From an uncultured Acidimicrobiaceae bacterium (GTDB lineage: Bacteria > Actinomycetota > Acidimicrobiia > Acidimicrobiales > UBA8190), in assembly GCA_963737015.1 (NCBI GenBank), contig CAVTQZ010000001.1:1375772-1439771 (forward strand): a stretch of DNA of 64,000 nucleotides, written 5' to 3'. Both the position numbers and the translations under genes were made by a program. Every line of letters starts with the position of its first letter. Position 1 is the first letter of the stretch. Below the pieces are notes generated by a model, which was not told the DNA's origin, did no database searches, and saw only the letters and a program-made list of their open reading frames with translations. This document shows positions 9,548 to 18,189 of this stretch, in pieces.

Positions 9548-10763
9548 CTGAGTGATCGTCTCCTCTACCTCGGGGGGCACCTCACGCCTCGCGATGATGT
9601 GCACGTCGATGCCCTCGATTCCGGCGAGCCGCTGGACCCTGCGCACTATCGACCCGCCCCCCATGAGTTCCTGCCAACGACTGCGCTGGCTGGATCCGAG
9701 GACTATCTGTGTGATCTGGTTCGAGCGGGCGAAGTCCATCAATGCCCTGCCGGCGTCGTCACCTGACACCTCGTTCCAGTCCGCGCCGACGTCGCGGGCC
9801 AGCTGGCGCAGCGCCTTCAGCCTTTCCTCGTCCGCGCTGGCGGCTGTTGTCGCCGGCCTTGATGTGGACCACGTGGAGGTCGGCCTTGGTGCGCGCGGCC
9901 ATCCTCGCAGCCCGCCTCACTATTGCGTCGGTGCCGGGCGCACCCGTCACGCCGACCATGATGCGCTCGGTGGTCTCCCACACCACGCCCGCCTGATGGC
10001 GGCGCAGGTGCTCGAGCAACTCCTCCTCGGTCTCGTCCGCCAGGAACCGCAGAGCGAGCTCTCTCAGAGCTATCAGATTGTCGGTGCGGAAGAAGTGGGT
10101 GAGAGCCTGGGGAACCTTCTCCTTCGGATAGATGTTCCCGTGGAGCATCCTTCGGCGCAGCTGCTCGGGAGAGGAGTCAACGAGCTCGATCTGATCGGCC
10201 TTTCGCACCACCCAGTCCGGGACCCGCTCGCGTACCTGGCTGCCGGTCATCTGCTCCACGGCGTCCGCGATCGACTCCAAGTGCTGGATGTTCACAGTGG
10301 TCACAACGTCTATACCGGCGTCGAGTAGCCCTAGCACGTCTTCCCACCGCTTCTCGTGACGGCCCGAGCCTGGCACGTTCGTGTGTGCGAGCTCGTCGAC
10401 GAGGGCGACCTTGGGATGGCGCAAAATGACGGCGTCCAGGTCCATCTCCTCGAAGCGCGTCCCCCGGTAGTCGACGACCTTTCGCGGAACCACCTCGAGC
10501 TCCCCAATGCATTCCTGAGTGAGCTTACGTCCGTGGCACTCGACGAAGCCGACCACGACGTCGGTGCCGCGGTCCTTGCGTCTGTGACCCTCGTTCAACA
10601 TGGCGTACGTCTTGCCGACACCTGCTGCAGCCCCGAGGTAGATACGGAAGTGCCCGGCGGCCTCGACGACGTCGGTTGCTTCCGATTCGTCCGCAATCGC
10701 TCGGCGCACTCGTTCGTCGATTCCCAACGAGGAGCCAGGAGCCATCTGAGTCGTCTCGCTCAC
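9533..10763 (-). pseudogene. kdpD: KdpD N-terminal sensor domain (KdpD + Usp), encoded separately from the kinase; apparent frameshift between the KdpD and Usp parts
   Basis: ORF 9759..10763 reads GAAAGVGKTYAML...HGRK (KdpD domain). ORF 9533..9769 reads SGDDAGRALMDFARSNQITQIVLG (Usp part). The third frame reads ASADEERLKALRQLARDVGADW across the gap, so one indel near 9835-9862 restores a continuous protein. GTG 10763 has a ggggagg RBS. Confidence 0.6.
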
Positions 10764-10844
10764 TTGGTGCCTCCCCGTGATCCAATGTGCACGTCAAACC
10801 GAGGTTACGCGGACGAGATCCGCAGGAGATCTTTTCTCCGAAAG

Positions 10845-11447
10845 TTATTTCAGGCGCCCCAGTGCCTGGTTGAGCTGGAGGACGTCTATGTACTTGCTCC
10901 CGAGGAAACCGAGCTCCTCTCCCTGCGTCTCCCGGACGACGAGCTGGCTCAGGGCAGCTGGGGAGAGCCCTGTTGCGTGAGAGACCATCGGGATCTGCAC
11001 TAGAGCGTCCTGGGGAGTGATGTCGGGATCCAGACCGCTGCCCGATGTCGTGACAAGGTCAGCCGTGGGATTGACACCCATCTTGTGCCAGTAAGCGATG
11101 AGCGCTTGCGTGTTCTGAAGCAGGGTCTTCGAGCGTGGGCCCAGGTTGGTCGCTGCCGACTCCCCGCTGATCCCGTTGGCGACGAGGGGGTTGTCGCCAC
11201 CCGACACAGGCGGACTGGCCTTTGGATCTGCTGCATAGGGCCCCGCGTCGTCGGGGCGCCCGTGGAACCAGGCAGGGCTGGACCAGTTCTGGCCTATCAA
11301 TGTGGACCCGTTTGCGGTGATCGAGCCGTCCGCCTGGTGCTTGAAGAGCAGCTGGGCGACACCCGTGCCGGCAAGGGCGTAGACGAACCCGAAGAACGCT
11401 GTGAAGACCACGATCGAGACGATGGAGCGACGGATATTGGTGATCAT
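10845..11447 (-). CDS. kdpC: Potassium-transporting ATPase subunit C
   Basis: 200 aa, N-terminal TM anchor, KdpC-like sequence; lies downstream of kdpB on the same strand. Confidence 0.85.
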   Translation of the reverse strand: MITNIRRSIVSIVVFTAFFGFVYALAGTGVAQLLFKHQADGSITANGSTLIGQNWSSPAWFHGRPDDAGPYAADPKASPPVSGGDNPLVANGISGESAATNLGPRSKTLLQNTQALIAYWHKMGVNPTADLVTTSGSGLDPDITPQDALVQIPMVSHATGLSPAALSQLVVRETQGEELGFLGSKYIDVLQLNQALGRLK

Positions 11448-11461
11448 GATGGGGCTCTCAA

Positions 11462-13529
11462 TCAGTACCAGTGCAGGGATACGAGTATTAGGTCGATGAG
11501 CTTGATGAAGATGAACGGGACGATGATTCCTCCCACCCCGTAGATCAAGACGTTGCGTCGCAAGATCGCCGCCGACGACGCCGGGCGAAACCGCACACCG
11601 CGCAACGCCAGAGGGATGAGCGCCACGATCACGAGGGCATTGAAGATCACGGCGGACAGGACGGCGCTCGTCGGGCTGTGGAGCTTCATGATGTTCAGCG
11701 TGTTGAGCTGCGGATAGGTCGTCACGAACAGAGCGGGGATGATCGCGAAGTACTTGGCGACGTCGTTGGCGATCGAGAAGGTCGTGAGAGATCCTCGGGT
11801 GATGAGCAACTGCTTTCCGATCTCTACGACGTCGATTAGCTTCGTCGGATTCGAGTCGAGGTCGACCATGTTCCCGGCTTCCTTCGCCGCAGTCGTTCCC
11901 GTGTTCATGGCCACGCCGACATCCGCTTGGGCGAGAGCGGGTGCGTCATTGGTGCCGTCGCCGGTCATCGCGACGAGCTTTCCGCCCTCTTGCTCGGTCC
12001 GGATCAGGTCCATCTTGGTCTCAGGCGTGGCTTCGGCGAGATAGTCGTCCACGCCTGCCTCCTGAGCGATCGCGGCGGCAGTGAGGGGGTTGTCTCCTGT
12101 GATCATGACCGTCCGGATCCCCATTTGGCGCATCTGGTCGAACTTCTCTTTGATGCCCGGCTTCACGACATCCTTCAACTCGATTACACCGAGTACCGAC
12201 TGCCCATCTGCGACCACGAGGGGCGTCGAACCAGCGCGGGAGATGCGCTCTACGACGGGGTCCAGATCTTCCAGGGCGATTCCGCCTTGCTCTGTGACCC
12301 AGCGCTTGACCGAGTCGGCGGCGCCTTTTCGTATGTGGCGTCCGTCCACGTCGAGCCCCGACATACGGGTGTTGGCCGAAAAGGGGATGAACGAGTGACC
12401 CTCCCCCAAGTTCGCGCTCGCGGATGCCGAACATTTCTTTTGCGAGGATGACTATCGAACGGCCCTCGGGGGTTTCGTCCGCCAGCGAAGCGAGTTGCGC
12501 GGCCTCGGCGACGTCCTGCTCGCTGTGGCCTCCTACAGGGATGAAACCAGAGGCCATCCTGTTGCCGAGGGTGATCGTGCCGGTCTTGTCGAGGAGAAGC
12601 GTCTGAACGTCCCCTGCGGCCTCGACCGCCCTTCCGCTCATTGCCAGCACGTTTCGCTGCACGAGGCGGTCCATGCCGGCTATTCCGATCGCAGAGAGCA
12701 ACGCGCCGATGGTGGTGGGGATCAGACAGACGAGCAACGAGACGAGGATGACGACCGACACCGTCGCCCCCGAGTAGTGAGCGAAGGTCTGGAGGGTCAC
12801 GACGACAGGGATGAAGACGATCGTGAGCACCGCCAGCAGGATGGTAAGTGCGATCTCGTTCGGTGTCTTCTGACGGTTGGCGCCTTCGACCAGGTTGATC
12901 ATGCGGTCAAGGAAGGTCTGACCGCGTTCGGCGGTGATGCGGACGATGATGCGGTCGGAAAGAACCTTGGTGCCGCCGGTCACGGCGGATCGATCGCCTC
13001 CGGACTCGCGGATCACGGGTGCGGACTCCCCTGTGATCGCTGACTCGTCGACCGAGGCGATTCCTTCGACGATCTCACCGTCCGACGGTATGAGTTCGCC
13101 GGCCTCGCACACGACCAGGTCACCCTTCGCCAGGGCCGAGGCGGGGATGCGCTCCTCGGAGCCGTCGGGGCGCAGCCGCCGAGCTTCTGTCTCCGAGCGC
13201 ATCTTCCGCAAGGTGTCGGCCTGCGCCTTGCCGCGCCCTTCTGCCATGGCCTCTGCGAAGTTGGCGAATATGACGGTGAGGAACAGCCAGATCGTGATGG
13301 ACCAGTCGAAGACACCCGGGTGAGCGATCGACTCGACGAAAGTGACGACGGTTCCCACCAGCACCACCAACATGACCGGGTTCTTTACCTGGACCCGGGG
13401 GTCGAGCTTCTTGAGGGCGTCGATCAGGGCCTGTCCGATGATCTGTCGATCGAAGAGATTTCGGGCCTGGGCCACCCCGTGCGGCTGGATCTTCGCCTCC
13501 GGTGGCGAGGCGGTCGTCAGAGTCGTCAT
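11462..13529 (-). pseudogene. kdpB: Potassium-transporting P-type ATPase subunit B, interrupted by a single-base frameshift (or sequencing error)
   Basis: N-terminal ORF 12021..13529 carries DKTGTIT and stays KdpB-like up to RERELGGG. C-terminal ORF 11462..12409 resumes at [14 protein letters not shown] and carries [17 protein letters not shown]. Frames switch inside rc gaacttgggggaggg (C5 run at 12402-12406). Confidence 0.8.
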
Positions 13530-15217
13530 CAGAAGAACTTTCCGTGGCTGAGTTGCTCGACGATCGGTCCGAGCGAAACGGCGGGGAAGAACGTCAGGCC
13601 GCCGATGATGACGATCACGCCGATCGTCAGGCCGACAAACATCGAGTTGTCGGTCCTGAATGTTCCCAACGAGGCCGGCACGACGTTCTTGGCGGCAAGC
13701 GCTCCGCCCAGGGCGAGTGCGGGAATCAGGATGCCGAATCGACCTATCAGCATGTCGATCGCACCGACGATGTTGTAGAAGGCGGTGTTGCCCGTCAGGC
13801 CCGCCATCGCAGATCCGTTGTTGTTGCCCTGTGACGTGAGGCCATAGAGGATCTCGCTGAAGCCATGGGGACCACCGTTGAGCGGGCCGGCCCGTCCGGC
13901 ATGGATCGATACTGCTATGGCAGTGAGCACGAGCACGATGATCGGCATCACGAGTGCTCCGAGGCCCGCGAGCTTCACCTCTTTGGCCTGGATCTTCTTG
14001 CCCAGGTACTCCGGTGTTCGTCCGATCATGAGGCCGCCGATGAACACAGCAATGATCGCGTAGATGAGGATCGTGTAGAGCCCGCTCCCGGTTCCCCCCG
14101 GCGTCACTTCTCCCAGCATCATGCCCGTCATGGGGCCGAAACCGCCCATCGGGTTGTACGAGTCGGTCGCGCTGTCGACCGCACCGTCCGAGGTCTGCGT
14201 CATCGACACGTTGAATAGCGAACTGGTCGTGTCACCGAAGCGTGCTTCTTTGCCTTCGGTGTTCCCCGTTGTCGAGTGGACTCCGGCAGCGACCACGGCC
14301 GGATTGTTCTGGTGCTCGGAATAGCTCGTGAAAGTGACCCAGACACCGAAGATGAGCACCATCGCCGCGAGCAGCGCGACACCGTGGCGGATGCTCTTCA
14401 CCATCTTGCCGAAGGTGTACGTGAGCGCGAAGGGAATCGAAAGGGTGAGCCAGATGTAGACGAAGTTGGTCAACGCCGTCGGGTTCTCGAGGGGGTGGGC
14501 CAGGTCCACATTGAAGAATCCGCCGCCATTCGTCCCGAGCTGCATGATCGAGCCCATGAAGCCGGCGGGACCACGGGCGACGGTCTGAGTTACGCCGTTC
14601 AGCGAGTCATGGATCGAGACCGGTCCCGCGAGGGTCTGAACGGCCCCCTGGCCGACGATCAGGATGCCGGCGAGGAACGAGATCGGGAGGAGGATATAGA
14701 GCATGCAGCGTGTGATGTCCACCCAGAAGTTCCCGATGGTCGGGGAGTTCCGCCGAGAGAAGCCCCTCGTCATAGCGATGGCCACGGCGATTCCGACGGC
14801 GGCGCTCACGAACTGCTGCACGGTGAGAACGCCGATCTGGGAGAAGTACGACATGGCGGTCTCTCCGCCGTAGTTCTGCCAGTTCGTGTTCGTCATGAAA
14901 GACACGATCGTGTTGAATCCCAGTGCAGGAGTCACTGCGCCGAAGTGCTGTGGGTTGAGAGGAAGCGAACCCTGAATCCTCAGCATCAAATAGCCGACGC
15001 CAACGAACGCGCCTGAGAAGATCACGGTCGAGCCTGCGTAGCGCTTCCAGGACTGCTCCTGCTCGGGGCTCGTACCGATCAAGCGGTAGAAGGGTCGCTC
15101 GGCCCAAGCGAGGTACGTGACCCGGCCCTCGAACACGCCGGCCATATAGGAGCCCAAGAACCGCCAGGTGAGCCCTAGGACGATGACGAGGACAACGATC
15201 GTCCAAAAGAAGCCCAT
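13529..15217 (-). CDS. kdpA: Potassium-transporting ATPase subunit A
   Basis: 562-aa polytopic protein with KdpA-like sequence. Its stop overlaps the kdpB ATG (TGATG). Confidence 0.9.
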   Translation of the reverse strand: MGFFWTIVVLVIVLGLTWRFLGSYMAGVFEGRVTYLAWAERPFYRLIGTSPEQEQSWKRYAGSTVIFSGAFVGVGYLMLRIQGSLPLNPQHFGAVTPALGFNTIVSFMTNTNWQNYGGETAMSYFSQIGVLTVQQFVSAAVGIAVAIAMTRGFSRRNSPTIGNFWVDITRCMLYILLPISFLAGILIVGQGAVQTLAGPVSIHDSLNGVTQTVARGPAGFMGSIMQLGTNGGGFFNVDLAHPLENPTALTNFVYIWLTLSIPFALTYTFGKMVKSIRHGVALLAAMVLIFGVWVTFTSYSEHQNNPAVVAAGVHSTTGNTEGKEARFGDTTSSLFNVSMTQTSDGAVDSATDSYNPMGGFGPMTGMMLGEVTPGGTGSGLYTILIYAIIAVFIGGLMIGRTPEYLGKKIQAKEVKLAGLGALVMPIIVLVLTAIAVSIHAGRAGPLNGGPHGFSEILYGLTSQGNNNGSAMAGLTGNTAFYNIVGAIDMLIGRFGILIPALALGGALAAKNVVPASLGTFRTDNSMFVGLTIGVIVIIGGLTFFPAVSLGPIVEQLSHGKFF

Positions 15218-15307
15218 CTAGAACCACTCGGGCTTGAACATGGCCAAGCCCACGTAGATGAAGACGACGATCGAGACAGCGAGCAAGATGCCCTGGACAA
15301 CCGTCAT
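15218..15307 (-). CDS. kdpF: KdpF-like 29-aa hydrophobic subunit
   Basis: MTVVQGILLAVSIVVFIYVGLAMFKPEWF sits immediately upstream of kdpA. ATG at 15307 sits in-frame inside the longer track ORF. Confidence 0.55.
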   Translation of the reverse strand: MTVVQGILLAVSIVVFIYVGLAMFKPEWF

Positions 15308-15387
15308 ACCCGCTCCAGGGCCCAGATCAGCACCAGGAACAACGCCACAAATGCGACGATCCCAACAAAAACGAGAAAGTCGGCCAT
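15304..15387 (-). CDS. Second small hydrophobic peptide (27 aa) translationally coupled to kdpF
   Basis: MADFLVFVGIVAFVALFLVLIWALERV; its stop TGA overlaps the kdpF ATG (ATGA). Start ATG at 15387. Confidence 0.25.
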   Translation of the reverse strand: MADFLVFVGIVAFVALFLVLIWALERV

Positions 15388-15513
15388 GACCACATCCTGG
15401 GGCCACACGGGCTGAAAAAAGGCTGACGAAAGCCCAGGCGGCCTTAAAAACTTCTTCTTAACGCCTGGACCCACCGGCGAAAGTACCGCCCTCGCGAGTG
15501 GGAAAATCCGTCG
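15388..15513. promoter_or_regulatory. Divergent kdp control region (kdpF-peptide/kdpFABC leftward, kdpD-kinase/kdpE rightward), locally AT-rich
   Basis: 126-bp intergenic gap between divergent starts. gctgaaaaaaggctgacgaaagcccaggcggccttaaaaacttcttcttaacgcc is strikingly AT-rich for a ~69% GC genome; a KdpE site is expected here. Confidence 0.3.
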
Positions 15514-16983
15514 ATGGACAGAAGGGTGCTCGGGTCGGTCGTAGGTGTCCTCGCGTCCATGGCTCTCGGCGCGGCCATGCTTCCACTGCGCTCGCACTTG
15601 AGCATCGCCACCAGCGCCCTGGTTCTAGTGGTGCCGGTCGTGGGCGGGGTCGTGGTGGGCGGATTCGTGGCGGGTCTGGTCAGCGTCGCGGCCGGTTTCC
15701 TCGTGTACGACCTCGTCTTCATCCCGCCCTATTACACGCTGACGGTCGGGTCGGCTCAGAACTGGGTGGCTCTCGCGGTGTACCTCGTGGTGATGGTGCT
15801 CGTGGCGAGGGTCGTTGCCCACGTCGACGAGGCGCGTGCTGCATCGTCCATCCGAGAAAAGAGCGCGCGACATCTTTTCGAGATGTCGGAGCTACTACTC
15901 GGGGAGAAGCCCCTCGAAGCCCTCGGCAATTCCATCGTCGAGGGGATACAACAGACCTTCGGCGTAAGCGACATGGCGCTTCTCATGTCGGTGGACGACC
16001 GGCTCGAGGTGGTCGCATCAGCCGGGTCCTCGATGGACAGCGAGGAGCTGGCTGGACTGAGAGCCCCTTCCAGGGTGCCGGTTCCGTTGAGCACCGGGGT
16101 GCCCGAGGACTCGGCCCATACGCTCGCGTTGTACACATCGGGTCGCCCCGTTGGCCTGTTGGTGATGCGCGGAAGGGTAAGTGATCCGACGCTCCGCGAG
16201 CTGCTCCCAACGCTCGCGAACCACTTGGCACTCGCGCTCGAGCGCGCACAGTTGCACGAGAAGGCGAGGCACGCGGAGATCCTCGAGGAGATCGACCGCC
16301 TGAGGAGGGCACTCGTGAGCGCGGTATCTCACGACCTTCGCACACCCCTGGCGACGATCAAGGTCGCGTCGTCCACACTCCTCGATTCCCCGGGAGCGCT
16401 CTCCGACACCGATACCAAAGAGCTCTACGACCTCATCGACCTTCAGGCGGACCGGTTGGACAGGTTGGTCGCTAGCCTCCTCGACATGACCCGTCTAGAG
16501 GCGGGGGTGCTAGAGCTCAATCGTGCTCCGCACTTCGTCTTGGACCTCGTAGGAGACGCGCTGTCAGGGCTCGGGCCCTCGCTTCACGGGCCGCACGTCG
16601 AGATCGACCTCCCTCCGGAGCTACCTCCAGTCGAGGTCGACCACCTTCTGGTCGAGCAAGTCCTCGCCAACCTCTTGGACAACGCGGACCGCCATGCACC
16701 GCCCGGCACGACCATCACCGTGTCCGCCAGGGTGCTCGATCCTTCGACCGTCTCGGTGATCGTCACGGATTCGGGGCCAGGAGTTCCCGCCTCCGAGCGC
16801 GACTCGGTCTTCGAGAGCTTCGTACGTTTCGACACGGGTGGACGGGCTGGACTCGGTCTCGCCCTCGCGAAGACCTTCGTCGAGGCTCACGGTGGGCGCA
16901 TCTGGGTCGAAGACGCGACTCTTGGGGGGGCAAGCTTCGTCTTCACTGTGCCGACAGCGCCCTCCCCTGAGAGTGCCAGCTGA
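15514..16983 (+). CDS. kdpD: KdpD C-terminal part: membrane-anchored GAF/HisKA/HATPase sensor histidine kinase
   Basis: 489 aa: four TM helices, then a GAF-like region, the H-box SHDLRTPLATI, and N/G boxes (LLDNADRHAPPGT, DSGPGVP). The N-terminal KdpD/Usp sensor domain is absent here and is encoded at 9533..10763. Confidence 0.8.
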   Translation: MDRRVLGSVVGVLASMALGAAMLPLRSHLSIATSALVLVVPVVGGVVVGGFVAGLVSVAAGFLVYDLVFIPPYYTLTVGSAQNWVALAVYLVVMVLVARVVAHVDEARAASSIREKSARHLFEMSELLLGEKPLEALGNSIVEGIQQTFGVSDMALLMSVDDRLEVVASAGSSMDSEELAGLRAPSRVPVPLSTGVPEDSAHTLALYTSGRPVGLLVMRGRVSDPTLRELLPTLANHLALALERAQLHEKARHAEILEEIDRLRRALVSAVSHDLRTPLATIKVASSTLLDSPGALSDTDTKELYDLIDLQADRLDRLVASLLDMTRLEAGVLELNRAPHFVLDLVGDALSGLGPSLHGPHVEIDLPPELPPVEVDHLLVEQVLANLLDNADRHAPPGTTITVSARVLDPSTVSVIVTDSGPGVPASERDSVFESFVRFDTGGRAGLGLALAKTFVEAHGGRIWVEDATLGGASFVFTVPTAPSPESAS

Positions 16984-17003
16984 AACGCCGAACGGTAGGG
17001 AAC

Positions 17004-17696
17004 GTGTCGAAAATCCTCGTGATCGATGACGATCCCTCTCTCCTTCGGGCACTTCGCGTGGGACTTCAGGCTAAAGGCCACGTGGTCGTGACGGCCGTGA
17101 CCGGCGAGCAAGGTATCTCCCAGGCCGCATTGAGCGACCCCGACGTGGTAGTGCTCGACCTGGGTCTTCCGGACATCGACGGCTTGTCCGTCTGCAAGAG
17201 GATCCGCCAATGGAGCGAGGTTCCGGTGGTAGTGCTCTCGGCCGCCGACGACGAAGAAAGAAAGGTCGCCGCCCTCGACATGGAGGCCGACGACTATGTG
17301 ACCAAGCCTTTCGGGATGGGCGAGCTCGAGGCTCGGATACGCACCGCCGTTCGCCACCGCCATCGTGACCTCGGGGTCGAGGAACCGACACACATTTCGG
17401 TAGGTACCTTGAATCTCGACCTCGTCCACCACGAGGCGAGAAAAGACGGTCAGCTCCTCGAGCTCACTTCGAAGGAGTTCGACCTGCTCGCCTACCTCGC
17501 ACACCATGCGGGCAAGACCTGCACCCACAAGATGATCCTCGAATCCGTCTGGGGGCGTTCCTACGGATCGGAGACCTCTTACCTCCACGCCTACATACAC
17601 CGACTGCGTCAGAAACTGCGTGACGAGTCGGGCGCTCTAATCGTGAACTCTCCCGGCATCGGCTACATACTGACTGCACATCCCGGGGAAACCTGA
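17004..17696 (+). CDS. kdpE: OmpR-family response regulator KdpE
   Basis: REC domain (DDD...K) plus winged-helix trans_reg_C; 20 bp downstream of the kdpD kinase gene. Confidence 0.85.
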   Translation: MSKILVIDDDPSLLRALRVGLQAKGHVVVTAVTGEQGISQAALSDPDVVVLDLGLPDIDGLSVCKRIRQWSEVPVVVLSAADDEERKVAALDMEADDYVTKPFGMGELEARIRTAVRHRHRDLGVEEPTHISVGTLNLDLVHHEARKDGQLLELTSKEFDLLAYLAHHAGKTCTHKMILESVWGRSYGSETSYLHAYIHRLRQKLRDESGALIVNSPGIGYILTAHPGET

Positions 17697-17768
17697 GCGA
17701 TAGTCCGATGCGAGCCCTCGTTCAACTCGAAGGGACGAAGTCCGTCTGGGTGCTCAGGTGGGAGATCC

Positions 17769-18131
17769 TCACGCGCTCTGGTCGGGATCGGCGTCCCACC
17801 ACTGGCACCACCACTCTGCGCCCACGAGGATCCGGAGCTTCTGGTGCCAGCAGTACGAAATGTCCTTGTAGGACTCCAGGTAATAGCGGCAGTTCTCGCA
17901 CTTCTCGTTGCCCGAGGGCTTGCCTTTGAGAACCGCGTTGTCGGCGAGGTGACGCAGCTCGATCGACAGCTTCTCGTCGATCTCCTTCGGTTCGGGTTCC
18001 GGAATCTCGTAGTCGCTCACCGACCCAAGGTATCGAACGTCGAGGAGGCCGAAAGACCCTGGGCAGGGGTGATGGTGCCAACTCCGCCCCGGGAGGTTCG
18101 GACGATGGTGGAAGCACCCCTCTGACGTCAC
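17769..18131 (-). CDS. Small Cys-rich protein with HiPIP-like 4-Cys spacing (putative [4Fe-4S] protein)
   Basis: C-terminus CENCRYYLESYKDISYCWHQKLRILVGAEWWCQWW matches C-x2-C-x12-C-x13-W-C-x2-W. Start is uncertain (GTG 18131 vs GTG 18020); no clear Tat signal. Confidence 0.35.
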   Translation of the reverse strand: MTSEGCFHHRPNLPGRSWHHHPCPGSFGLLDVRYLGSVSDYEIPEPEPKEIDEKLSIELRHLADNAVLKGKPSGNEKCENCRYYLESYKDISYCWHQKLRILVGAEWWCQWWDADPDQSA

Positions 18132-18189
18132 TGGGCGCCTTCCTTGGCATCGCGAAGAGGCTGGGCGAGACTGGGCTCTGGAGGTCTAG

